The notes under the pieces are model-generated. The model saw only the letters and a list, made by a program, of their open reading frames with translations, was not told where the DNA came from and made no database searches. From positions 1 to 34,016 of the forward strand of contig MCFE01000809.1 in assembly GCA_002104905.1 (NCBI GenBank): a stretch of DNA of 34,016 bases. Direction: 5' to 3'. The DNA is from Basidiobolus meristosporus CBS 931.73 (lineage: Eukaryota > Fungi > Basidiobolomycota). Position 1 is the first letter of the stretch, and each line of letters opens with the position of its first letter. This document shows, piece after piece, positions 14,933-27,097 of this stretch. The translations under genes were made by a program, and so were the position numbers.

Positions 14933-15215
14933 CAGCACCTGGACCTAGGTTGTTGATCTCAACCTTCAGCACCTGGACCCATATGATGGATCTCATCCTG
15001 CATTACCTGGACCAGGTTCTAGATCTCAGCTTTCAGCACCTGGACACAGGTCCTAGATCTCAACCTGCAGCACCTGGACCCAGGTCATGGCTCTTATCCT
15101 TCAGCACATACACCCAGGTCCTAGATCTCAACTTTCAGCACCTGGGCCCTGGTCTAAGATCTCAAGCTTCAGCACATGGACTCAGGTCTTTGATCTCAAC
15201 TTTGATCACTTGGGC

Positions 15216-15449
15216 CTAGATCAAGGATGACAAATCTCATTTAGTAGATCAATATGTGACATGACAACCTCTGGCATCTGGAGCCCAGGTTCTAAGCCTC
15301 TTCTCTTATCTCCCAGACCTAGGTTGTGGATGAAACTCCTCATTTTCTTGAGCAATGTCCAAAATGGGCACCATCAGCACCTGGACCCAGGCCCTAAATC
15401 TCAAATTTATGAACTTGGACAAAGGTCCGGGTTACCAAGATGCAGGTTG
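15216..15449. repeat. ~235-bp non-monomer island, copy 3 of 3
   Basis: Near-identical to 9916-10149 (TCAAGGATGA at 15221, GTTACCAAGA at 15431). Confidence 0.9.
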
Positions 15450-16149
15450 TAAATCTCAACCTTCAGCACCAGGATCCAGGTCCTTGATCTCAACATTCAG
15501 CACCTGGACCCATGTCATGGATCTTATCCTTCAGCTCCTGGACATGAGTTCTATATCTTATCCTTAAGCACCTGGACACAGGTCCTAGATCTCATCCTTC
15601 AGCACCTGGACCCATGTCATGGATCTTATCCTTCAGGACCTGAACCCAGGCTTTAAATCACCTCCTTCAACACCAGGACCCAGGACATAGATCTCAGCCT
15701 TCAGCACCTGGACCCAGGTTGTAGATCTCAACTTTCAGCACCTAGACCCAGGTCCTAGGTATCATCCTTCAGCACCTGGTCCCAGGTCATGGCTCTTATC
15801 CTTCAGCACCTGGTCCCAGGTTGTGGAGCTTAACCTTTAGCACTTGGTCCCAGGTTGTGGAGCTTAACCTTCAGAACCTGGACCCAGGTCTTAGATCTCA
15901 AGCTTCAGCACCTGGACATGAGTCCTATATCTCATCCTTCAGCACATGGACACAGGTCCTAGATCTCATCCTTCAGCACCTGGACCCAGGTTGTAGACTT
16001 CAACCATCAGCACCTGAACCCAGGTCTTAGATCTCATCCTTCAGCACCTGGACCCAAGTCCTAGATGTTATCCTTCAGATCAATTCAAGTCCTGGATTTC
16101 ATCTTTCAGAACCTGCACCCAGGTCCTAGGTCTCATTCTTCAGCACCAG

Positions 16150-19100
16150 GACTCTGGTGAAGCTTAACATTAACCCCTTGCACCAGGCATTAGTTAGTGC
16201 ACTCATCACCTGGTCACAGGTCCTGGATGACAACCCTCATTTTTTTGAGCATTATCTAAATGTTCAACTCTCACTACCTGGACCCAGGTCTCAGATCTAC
16301 AATTTGAGCACCTGGACATAGGTCCTGGATATCAGGCTCATTACATTGAGCAATATCTAACATCAAAACTTCAGGCACCTGGAGCCCAAGTGCTGCATCT
16401 TAACTTTAACCCCTTAAACCAGGCCCTAGATATTGTCCTCATCCCCAGGTCTTAGGTCCAGGATTACACCCCTCATTTCATTCAGATATATCCAAAAGTT
16501 CAACTTTTGGCACCTGGACCCAGGCCCTAGATCTTAGCTTTGTGCGCTTGAACACAGGTCCTGGATATCAGGACTCATTAGATTGAGCAATATCCAACAT
16601 AAGAACTTCTGGCCCCTAGAGCCCTATCTTAACCCCCCATCCCCTTGAGCTAGGTCTTAGTTCTTTGCCCTCATCACCTGGTCCAATGACCTGGATAACA
16701 ACCCTCATTTGATTGGGCAATTTCCAAAAGTTCAATTTTCAGCACCTCGACCCAGGTTCCTGATATCAAATTTAAGCCCTTAGACACAGGTCCTGGATAT
16801 CAGGACTCAGTAAATTGCGCAACATCTAATATCAAAACTTCAGGCACTTGGAGACCATGTCCTACATCTTGACTATCATCACCCTCAAACCTGGCTCTAG
16901 CTCTTTGTCCTCATTGCCTAGTTCAAGGTCCTAGATAATAATCCTCACTTCATTCAGCAATGTCAAAAAGTTCAACTCTCAGCACCTGGACCCAAGTCCT
17001 AGACCTCAAACTTGAGCACTTGTACCCAGGTCCTAGATCTCAACTTTCAGTATCTGGACCCAGGTCCTGGATCTAAACTTCCATCAGTTGGACTCAGATC
17101 ATGGATCTTAGCTTGAATTATTATTCCTGGTTCCTGAATTTTAACTCTGATTAAATCTAGAAATATCCAGCATTACAACATTTAACACCCTGAACCCAGA
17201 TGCTACATCTTATATTTGATCACCTGGACCCAGGTTCATGATTTTATCTATTATCACCTATTGCTAGGCCTTAGATATCCACCTTCAACACCTAGACCCT
17301 AGTCCCAGATATCAACTCTTATTTCATTGGGCATTATCCAATTTAATAGTCTCATTACCTGGACCCAGGTTCTATATTCTATGTTTGAACACTTGTACCC
17401 AGGTCCTGGATATCACCCCTGATATCATTGAGCAAAATTCAAGATTTCATCTTTCAGCACCTGGACCCAGGTTCTATATCTTAACATCCACTATTTGGAC
17501 ACGGGGCCTAGATCTTAGCTTGCATTTGTATGCTAAGGTTCTGGGTATCATATTTCATCAAATGAAACAATATCCAACATTACAACTTTTGGTGTCTTGA
17601 GCCCAGGTTTTACATCCCAGCTTTAATTACCTTGAGCCAGGTTCTAGATCTTCACCCTCATCTCCTGGACACAAGACCTATACCTTTAACCTCATCAACT
17701 GGGCCTAGGCCTCAGATCCTTGCCCTTATCACCTAGGCCAAGCTCCTGGATAGCTACTCTCATTCATTAAGTAATGTCAAATGTTTCAACTTTTAACACC
17801 TGGACCCAGGTTCTAGATATCTGCCCTCATCACCTGAGCCCAGGTCCTGTGTGACACCACTCATTTCCTCAAGCAATATCCAAAATTTCAACTTTCAGCA
17901 CCTGGACCCCAGTCCAAGTTCTGAACTCTCATCACTTGGACCCAGGTTCAGGATACCAACTCTGATTAAATTGAGCAATATTTGATATTAGAATATTTAG
18001 CACCGTGAGCCTAGGTCCTACACCTTGTATTTCATCATCTGGACACAGGTTCAAGATCTCTGCTATTATCACCAATAACCAGGACCTAGATATCCACATA
18101 TAGCACCTAGCCCCTGGTCCAAGATATCAGCCCTTATTTCATTCAGCAATACTAAAAGTTTCAACTTTCAGCACCTGGAACCCAGTCCTAATTTTAAGCT
18201 TTCAGCACTTGGACACAGCTCTTGAACATTAGCATGCAGGATCATGCCCAGGTTCTAAATCTTTGCCTTCATCACATGAGTCAGGTTCCTAGACCCTTGC
18301 CCTCATCTTGTGCACTAAGGTCCTGGATGACTATCCTCATTTTGTGGAGCTATATCCAAGGTTTTAACTTTCAGCACCTGGACCCAGGCCCTAGATCTAA
18401 ACTTTCATCACTTGGACCCAGGTCCTGGATCTTAGGTTGCATTAGCATGTCTGGGTTCTGGATATCAACTCTGATTAAACTGAGCAATATTGAATATTTC
18501 ACCTTCTGGCACCTTGAACTCAGGTCCTTCATCTTTACTTTTGTCACCCCAACATAGGTTCGCAATTGTGGCAATTATCACCTATAACCAGGTCCTAGAT
18601 ATCCACCTTCAACACCTTGATCCTAGTCCAGATATCAACCCTTATTTAATAAGCAATATTCAAAATTTCAAATTTCACAAATTGAATATAGGCTTTATAT
18701 ATGACCTTTTATAGCTTAGACCCAGGTCCCACATGTCAAGTTTCATGACCTGGGCTCAGGCTTAAGATATTAGCTATCATCACCTATACTCAGGTACCAG
18801 ATATCTACCTTGAACCCTTTAACCTGGTCCTGGATAGTAGCCCTCATTGTATCTAGTAATATCCCAAACTTTCAGCACCCAGACCCTGGTCCTGTATCTC
18901 AACTTTCATTGCTTGGACCCAGGTCTGGAATCTTAGCTTGCATTACCAAGCTCAGGTTCTAGATACAAAATGTCATTACATTGAGCAATATTCAACAGCT
19001 TGGCTTTTAGCACCTTGAAACCTGGTCTTGTATCTCAGAGTACATATACACAGGTTCAAGATCCTAGCTATGATCATCTAAGCCCAGGTCTTGGATATGA

Positions 19101-20623
19101 AATTTAAGCACCTTAACCCTGTCCTTGATATCAACCGTCATTTTATTGAGTAATATCCACAATGTCAACTTTCAGCTACTTGAACAAGGGTTGTACATAT
19201 CAAATTTTGTCACCTGGACCCCAGCTCAAGATCTTACCTATCATCACAGATGCTCAGATCCTGGATATCTACTTTCAGCACCTTGACATTGGTCTTGAAT
19301 ATTAGCACCTATTGCATTGAGCAATATGCATAATCTTAGCATTACACACCTACACTCCAATTTTAGATCTCACAATATATTACATTGCCTGGGTCTATGA
19401 ATTTCCATTATTATAATTTTCAGCATCTTGACCAAGGTTTCATATCTTAGATTGCAACAAATTGGCTATATCTGGTATATACTTGTTATAATGATCAGTA
19501 TCAAAGATTAAAACTTTCACCACCTTGACAGAGTTATAGATCTGACATTCATCATTGGTACCCAGGTAGATCTGTTGCATTATTATTATGTCCAGAGATG
19601 TGATATTAACTAATATTGAATGGTGCAGTATATAAGATAACTCTTTCTAGTGCCTTGGCCACAGTTGTAAGTCTCAATCTTCCTCACTTGGACCCAGCCC
19701 CTAGATTTAGCTTACATTACTATGTCCAATTCCTGGATACCAAATCTCATTAAATTGAGCAATATCCAACAATTTGGGTTTTAGCACCTTGAGCCCTGGT
19801 CCTACATCTCAACTTTCATCACCTGAGCCCAGGCCTTTCATATCATTAACTTCACTTTGAACCTGTTCCTGGATAATAACCCTTTCAACATTGGGCACTA
19901 TCCAAAATTTCAACTTGCAGCACCTTGACCCTGATCCTAGGCCTCAACTTTGATCACCTCAATCATGGTCCTAGATCTGAATTTTCATCACTTGGACCCA
20001 GGATTTATATCCTAGTTTGCATTACCATGCCCAGGCCCTATATATCAACTCCTTTTAAATTGACCAATATCCAGCACTACAACTTTAATCACCTTGAGTA
20101 AGGTCCTGCATCTTAGCTTTCATTGCCTGAACAATGGTGTCCAATTGCGTCTTTCTTTGCATAAGCCTAGGTCCCTAATATTGACTTTGAGCATCTTCAT
20201 CAAGACCCTAGATTGCCACCTAAGTCCCCTGGTCCTAATCCTGAATATCAACTCTGATTACATAGTGCAATATCTGTTACTACAAACTTAAACAACTGGA
20301 ACCTGGTCCTGGATCTCATCATATATCACCTTTTGCAGGTCTAGGATCTTAAATTTAATGACACTGAGGAATTTTCAAAATTACAATCCTCAGGCTCTTA
20401 ACCAAGGTTCTACATCTTTAATTTCATCACTTTGACTGGGTTATAGAATTCTCTATTAGTTCCAATGAGCAGTATCCAAAATGAAAAATTTCACCACATT
20501 GACAAAGGTTGTAGATCTTGACACTTATCACCTGGACCCAGCCTAATTGTCATTGATAACTATGTGCAGGTCCTGGATATCAACTATCATGGGATGGAGC
20601 AATATACAAGATAATCTTTTTTG
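16150..20623. repeat. Diverged complex satellite, right outer layer, same orientation and family as left layer
   Basis: Same GAGCAATATCCAA motif and degenerate CACCTGGACCCAGG subunits as 1-3880. Divergence appears to increase toward 20623, where it ends abruptly at the copia LTR. Left boundary approximate. Confidence 0.85.
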
Positions 20624-20972
20624 TGTTGTAAGAGTCTTGGAGATATTGGAAGTGATTTGGAGAACAAGTAGATTATGTGGTTTTCACTTAATGATTTATT
20701 GAATGTAAAAGTAGTATTTATACTGTTACATGGTCTTGGCATTACAAACACGTAGAATAGGTTAAGGAAGGTCCCAAGAACATGTGCGCAAAGTTTGGGG
20801 CTGTTTGGACAACTTTGAGAATTTTCATGTTCTGGGTACCTGGTATTTTGGTGAAAATATTCTAAGTAAATCCCGACAAGGAATTTGGACAGTATTCTCT
20901 AGGATTTGAAGGTAATGATCTAAGTGACTAAGTTAGGTGAATATTTAGGTGGAATTACAAATTTTTACAACA
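20624..20972 (-). repeat. Copia 3' LTR (349 bp)
   Basis: 8-bp terminal inverted repeat TGTTGTAA...TTACAACA. Directly follows pol stop and PPT on minus strand. Reverse complement matches 29858-30206 with 21 mismatches in 349 (~94%, hand alignment). Confidence 0.92.
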
Positions 20973-20980
20973 CTCCACTC
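20973..20980 (-). promoter_or_regulatory. Copia polypurine tract (degenerate)
   Basis: Minus strand GAGTGGAG immediately 5' of TGTTG LTR start; resembles the usual copia GAGGGGGAG-type PPT. Confidence 0.7.
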
Positions 20981-20982
20981 AG

Positions 20983-23900
20983 CTAAATGTTCATACTGAC
21001 TAGTCCTAATTTTGACCTAAGATATTCAAACTTGTCTCTAGCTAATGGTTTGGTAAATATGTCTGCAATCATTTCATCTGTAGAACAGTAAACTAAGCTA
21101 ACTAAGTTATTCTCTATAGCTTCACGTATGAAATGATGTCTAATATCTATTTGCTTGGTTCTTGAGATAAACTAATAGGCGTTTTTTGACATAGGCCTAA
21201 ATCTGTAAAGAGTTTTCTTAACCACATTGCTTCTTTTGTAGCTTCACAGGCTGCCATATACTCTGCCTCTGTAGTAGAAAGTGCTACGGTTGGTTGCTTT
21301 CTTGAATTCCATGAAATTGCTCCTTTACAGTAACAAAAGGTGCATCCTGTGGTGGATCTTCTGTCTTCCAAATTTTGTCCCCAATCTGCATCAGAGTATC
21401 CCACAAGATCTTGTTCTGAGTCTTTATAAGTGTATCTTAAGCAGATATCAGCAGTTCCTTTTAGGTATCTAAAAATCCGCTTAACTGCTGCAATATGATC
21501 AGATCCATAGTTCTGATTATGTTGGCTGACAACTCCCACTGAATATGAGATATTGGGACGTGTTCCAAGCTTGATATACATCAGACTGCCGACCATAAAT
21601 TGATAAGGAAAGTCAGGGCTTTCAGATGGCACCAAGCTCTCTTGATTTGGTTGAGTTTTGATCAAGTTAAGGTTTGTCTCCATTGGGGTAGCTGCCGGTT
21701 TACAGTCTTCCATTTGGTACTTCTTGAGTATATCTTGAATATACTTGGATTGGCTTAGGGTAATAGTCTGGGTACTTCTGTCTATGGAGAACTTAATCCC
21801 TAAGTAGTAACTAAGTTCTCCTAAATCAGACATCTTGAACTCCTTAGATAGGCTGGATTTAGTCTCTTCCAATGTTTCTAGGTTATTGGCGGCTATAATA
21901 AGATCATCCACATATAGAGCTAATAGAACTGGATTTGCTCTATCTGGCTTATAGTATATACTATAGTCAGCATTACTCCTTTTGAAACTCAAAGATTCCC
22001 AATAAGAATCTATCTTGCAATTCCAGGCTCTTGGTGAGTGTTTGAGACCATATAGTGACTTTTTAAGCTTGCAGACCAAATGGGGGTTATTTTGGTCAAC
22101 AAACCCATCAGGCTGGTCCATATACACGTCCTCATCAAGTTCTCCATTCAAAAATGCAGTTTTTACATCCATTTGATGAATAAAAAACTTATATTTGGCT
22201 GCAATAGCCAATATTAATCTGATGGAATTAAACTTGGCTACCGGTGCAAAGGTCTCAGTATAGTTAAGTCCTTTTGTTTGAGAGTATCCTTTGGCTACAA
22301 GCCTTGCTTTGTATCTTTCAATTGTGCCATCAGCCTTGTATTTTGTCTTGAAGACCCATCTGCTTCCAATTGATTTTTGCTTGATTGGTAATTTGACTAA
22401 GTCCCAAGTTTGATTTTCCATCAGGGCCTGATATTCCTCAGTCATTGCAGATCTCCAAAACTTTGTCTGAGGGCTATTTAGGGCCTCTTTTACAGTCTGG
22501 GGTTCATCAATATGGACTGAATAGGCATAGGCTAAGTTTGTACCATCATTGATATAGTAATTTGGGCTATTTCTTGTCCGATTTGATCTCCGGGCATTTG
22601 ATACTGGAATGATCACTTCTGGGATATTCCTGGGCACTGATTCTGGCTGAACCACGGTTGTAGAGTTCTCTGGAGTGAAAAAATTTTCATTGTTTTGCTC
22701 TGATTCAATCCTGACAATTGGTGGACTTGAGATCAAATTTTGTCATCATCTGATGTCATTTTTTGTGAAAATTTTGAATTTTCATCAAACAACACATCCC
22801 TGGACTTGATAAGCTTCTTTGCTTTGGTATTGTAGAGTCTGTATGCCTTACTCTCAGTGCAGTAGCCCAAAAATATGCATTTTACACTTTTTGGCTCAAA
22901 TTTTGACTGATTTCCGGCCAGTTTTTTGCCATATGCTGTACACCCAAATATTCTTAGATGTTCTGCACTTGGTCTGTATTCATACCATGCTTCAAATGGA
23001 GTAGAATCACAAAGTATTCTGTTATAACTCCTATTTTAATATATACAGCAGTGGCAACTGATTCCGCCCAAAAATCATAGGATAATTTTTGATCATGGAT
23101 CATAGATCTTGCCTTATCAATTATTGATCTGTTAGCTTGTTCTGCTACTCCATTTTGCTGTGGGGAGTATGGTACAGTAGTCTCTTGTTTATCCCATGAA
23201 TTTTGCAGAAGTGGATGAAGAGTTTTGAGGTATATTCTCCACCATTGTCAGAGCGTATTTTCTTGATTTTTTCACCAGTTTCTCTCTCCACCATGGCTTT
23301 AAACTCCCTGAGCTTAGACAGAGCTTCTTCCTTTCTCTCCATGAAGTAGACCCATGTGTATCTTGTATAATCATCAATAAAAGTGATTAAATACTTCATC
23401 CCACCTAAGGATAAATTTTGCATAGATCCACACACATCTGAGTGAATTAGATCTAATTTTTTCTTAGTTTTGATTAACCCAGAGCTCTTGAACGGTTGTC
23501 TGGCTTGTTTCCCATATATGCAGGCTTCACAGTGCTCCAATCTAGCTGGGGGATCAATTTTCACTCCAGAAGTTAGCTGATCTTTGATCATTTTACCCAA
23601 ATAATCAAAATTGATGTGTCCAAATCTCCTGTGCCAAAGCATTGGTGTTTCTTCATATAAGTTACTTATATTGGCTTCCAGATATGATGGAATATAAGTC
23701 AACTTGTATAGATTCTGATCTCTGATGCCCGAAGCAATATGAGCACCATTTTGATCAGTGATCCTGCATCCAGAATTGTCAAAACTGAAACTGAGTCCTT
23801 CTGCTGTGGCCTTGCTTACAGAGAGTAGGTTTTTGGCTATTTCTGGCACATAGAGTACTTCTTTAGAGGTCATTGTATGGCTTCCTTCACTGCTTCCAAG

Positions 23901-24227
23901 GTTTACTTGGATAGTTCCTTCTCCCACTGCATCAAGTGTTCTATTGTCACCCATGAAAACCTTCTTATTTGGAATTTCTTGATATAGGGTAAAAAGTTCT
24001 TTTTGGTGTGTAAAGTGTTGAGAAGCTCCAGAGTCAATATACCACATCTGAGAATCCTTGTTTGTGGTCATATTTAGTGCAGATATGAATAGTCTATCTT
24101 CAGTTGTTGCAGCTTTTCCATATTCAGGCTTCTTTTGCTGATAATCTCTCTTTTTGAGACACCGGTCTGATGTGTGTCCTTTCTTTTGCAGTAGTTGCAA
24201 AATAGGTTGCTGTTGCCTTTGTAGGGT
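20983..24227 (-). pseudogene. pol: Copia gag(end)-pol pseudogene: zinc knuckle, protease, GAG-pre-integrase, integrase, RT, RNase H
   Basis: CNYC-KKKG-H-TSDR-C (split by frameshift ~24185); WYIDSGASQHF; LWHRRFGH...CEAC; IHSDVCG, FIDDYTR, RSDNGGEY, PQQNGVAE; YKARLVAKGY, QMDVKTAFLNG, LKKSLYGLK, LYVDD; GYSDADW, STTEAEY, ADIFTKPL. Stop TAG at 20983-20985. Frameshifts near 24185, 23180, 23030, 22735, 21170. Confidence 0.95.
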
Positions 24228-27096
24228 CCATCAATCAACTGGAGAACCCATGCTACTTGGATCCAAAAAGACAACAAGACCTATGAGCTATTACCTGCCA
24301 GGCTGGATTTCAACTTGGTCAATTCCAGCATGTGTGAGACAAGTGAACTTAGCAAGACCCAGTTCTGTAGAGCACTTAGAAAAGGTACCCAGATGTACCT
24401 CATGGCAGTATTACAGGAGGATTCCGCTACCCCAGCACCCCAGCAGGTCCAGACTCTCTTGAAGAAATATTCAGACATGTTTCCAGATGAGCTTGTAAGC
24501 CTACCACCAGTCAGAGACATGGATCATGCTATTGACACAGGTGAAAGCCCTCCAGTGAGCAAGACACCTTAAAGAATGAGTCCATTGGAATTGGAGGAAA
24601 TGAAGAGACAAATTGATCAGCTATTGGAGCAAGGATACATCAGACCCAGCAAGTCACCTTGGGGAGCACCAGTGCTTTTTGTGAAAAAAAAGGATGGAAC
24701 ACTTAGGATGTGCATTGACTACAGAGCCCTCAACTCAGTTACCGTCAAGAATAAGTACCCCATACCTTGGATTGATGAGCTTTTGGACCAACTTAATGGA
24801 GCCACCATATTCAGCAAGATTGACCTCATGTCAGGATATAACCAGATTAGGGTGAAACCAGAAGATATCCCTAAGACAGCATTCAGGACCAGATATGGAC
24901 ATTACAAGTACTTAGTCATGAGTTTTGCCCTCACTAATGCCCCTGCAACATTCATGAGGCTGATGCAGACTGTGTTTCAGGAGTAGTTAGAAAAGTTTGT
25001 GATAATCTACCTGGATGACATATTGATATACAGCAAGACAGAAGAGGATCACATGGTGCACATTGAAAAGGTCTTGAAGAAACTAAGAGAGAACAAGCTA
25101 TATGGCAAGCTAGCCAAGTGTGAATTCTTCAAGGAACACATTGAATATCTGGGACACATAGTGACTAGCACAGGAGTGACCTTAGACCCTAAGAAGGCTG
25201 AAGTTATCAAGAATTTGAAGCAGCCCCATAGCATATCAGAACTCAGATCATTCCTTGCAATGGTTTCCTATTATTGGAGATTTGTCAAGTCTTTTGCAAG
25301 TATTGCAGCCCCTTTAACTGATATCCTCAAGAAAGACAATACCTACAAGTGGGACATAGCTTGTGAGACTGCCTTCCAGATGCTCAAGAATGAACTTGCC
25401 AAGCTGCCAAGCTTAAGAATACCAGACTTCAGAAAAGAGTTCACTCTGTGCACAGATGCTTCAGATTATGCTATTGGTGGAGTGCTGAGCCAAGAACACA
25501 AGGGAAAGGACTACCCTGTTGCCTTTGAATCCAAGAAACTGAACTCAGCAGAACAAAACTATCCAGTACATGAGAAGGAGATGCTTGCTATAATACACTG
25601 TTTGAAGACATGAAGATGCTATATTGAAGGAGTCAAATGCACTGTGAAGACTGAAGATGCCTCCCTCCAGTATATATTTACTCCAAAGGTACTCTCTAGA
25701 AGAATGACAAGATGGAGTGAACACATTCAGCAATTTGACCTGGAGATTGTCTACTGCCCTGGAAAAAACAACATGGTTGCTGATGCCTTATCAAGATTAG
25801 ATCAAGTTGCACAACTCAACTTGGTGCATGAATTAGATTGGCCTAGCCTATTACCAAAGTACTTGGAGGACCAAGCCATTCCTAATGAGGTGGATGAAGA
25901 TATCAAGAAGATAATCTGTGATGAAGCCAGCAAATTTGTAGCACAGGATGAAACACTCTACCAAGTTGTTGATGGAAGCCGCCTAGTGCCATTATGTTTC
26001 TTGCCTGGGTTTAATACATAAGCTACACAATGGATATGGACATCTTGGAATTGAAGGAACCTATAGCCTTGTGAAAGCCAGAGCATGGTGGCCCAGAATG
26101 AAACAAGACATTGAGAAGCTAGTGAAAACATGCCCAAATTGCCAAATCAACCAAGGCCAATCACAGAGAATTGCCAAACTCTTCCCTTGGAGCCTGTAAG
26201 ACCATTTGAAAGATGGGGAATTGACTTTATTGGAAGACTGCTGACCACCAGGAAATGCAACCGTTGGATCATAGTGGCAATTGACCATGCCACTAAATGG
26301 CCAGTTGCTAAAGCTGTACCAATAGCCAGTGAACAAGAAGTTGCAAGTTTCATTTACCATGAGATCCTGATGAAGTTTGGATGCCTTGTGGAGATCTTAT
26401 CTGATAGAGGAGCAAACTTTATGGTAAAGACATTAGAGGCTTACCTGGAAATGCAGCAGATCAGACACCTGAAACCTTGGCATATCACCCCAGAACTAAT
26501 GAAGTCACTGAGTGGTTTAATGGATTATTTGAAAAAATGCTGACCAAGTATGCAAATGGAGTTGTCAGTAGATGGGATGAGTATATAGACCAAGTACTCT
26601 TTGCATGCAGAGTCAGAGTACATAACACCACACAGCAATCACTGTTTTACTTAGTGTATGGATGTGAACCAAGGATTCCAGGAGATCTCACACAACCAAA
26701 GCTTACAGACACCTTAGAAGATGAACTCAGTCAGCCAAGTAAACACCAGCAACTGGAACAAAGATGTCAAGAGGCACAGACCAAAGTATCTCAAAGTGCA
26801 GAAAAGATGAAGCAGAGATTTGATAAGACTATGGCACCAGAAGCATTGACAGTTGAGAACTTTGTATTGCTAAGAAACAACACTTGGTAGAAGTTCAAGC
26901 TACAATGGACAGGACCATTCAAGATCATCAGAGAATGTCCTTTTGCAACTTATCAACTGGTGGACAAACAAGGCAATATCTGGGAAGACTTAGTGCATAG
27001 GGACAGACTAAGCTTGCAAGACTTGCTGATAATACTGAACCATCAAGATATTGGTATTGCAAGAAAAGAGATTCTGGAGAACCCTCTCAAGGTTAG
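24228..27096 (+). pseudogene. pol: Gypsy pol pseudogene
   Basis: One frame 24228-~25995 with in-frame stops at 24570, 24984, 25611: PSINW (protease C-terminus), [52 protein letters not shown]. Integrase: H-H-CPNC zinc finger, WGIDFIG, SDRGANF, HPRTN..TEWFNG, WTGPF. Frameshifts near 25995, 26175, 26475, 27010 and a stop at 26888. Reconstructed end ...GEPSQG* with TAG at 27094-27096. Confidence 0.95.
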
Positions 27097-27097
27097 T

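Larger units (their letters stand above)
8856..16150. repeat. 34-bp tandem minisatellite core (~200 monomers) with higher-order duplications
   Basis: CAGCAC starts at 8887, 8921, 8955, 8989, 9023 (period 34). Consensus CAGCACCTGGACCCAGGTCCTAGATCTCAACCTT. Boundaries approximate. Confidence 0.93.
20624..24227 (-). mobile_element. 5'-truncated Ty1/copia LTR retrotransposon (3' LTR, PPT, pol, end of gag)
   Basis: Domain order PR-IN-RT-RH on minus strand, ending in PPT and LTR. No 5' LTR or PBS. Truncation point approximate (~24225-24230). Confidence 0.93.

Noticed and set aside
3885-16150. CRISPR-like array (palindromic ~34-bp repeats with ~30-bp intervening segments)
   Set aside because: Intervening segments are homologous to each other rather than unique spacers, the core has no spacers at all, there are no cas genes, and the context is eukaryotic.
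1006-20291. Many plus-strand ORFs in the satellite, including 200 aa at 11842-12444 with a 34-aa period (3 x 34 bp = 102 bp, the TALE/TPR repeat length)
   Set aside because: The monomer length is not a multiple of 3, so translation just cycles three registers. Only one register has a stop (TCC TAG), which common variants remove, so long runs are expected. Most starts are TTG/GTG. The minus strand has several stops per monomer, which explains the strand bias. No resemblance to TALE or TPR consensus.
21281-26360. Antisense or alternative-frame ORFs overlapping the two pol genes (21281, 22819, 23189, 24154, 24281, 25049, 25545, 26061, 26147)
   Set aside because: Short shadows of the retroelement coding frames with no motifs. 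24074-24277 is only partly real (the copia zinc-knuckle start) and otherwise reads antisense gypsy sequence.
20983-27096. Programmed frameshifting or stop read-through making the pol genes functional
   Set aside because: Breaks are numerous, lie inside conserved domains, and come with missense changes at conserved residues and an RNase H deletion. This is decay.
26890-27096. Chromodomain at the gypsy integrase C-terminus
   Set aside because: After WTGPF...VHRDRL only a short tail (reconstructed ...NTEPSRYWYCKKRDSGEPSQG*) precedes the PPT; no chromodomain motif or room for one.
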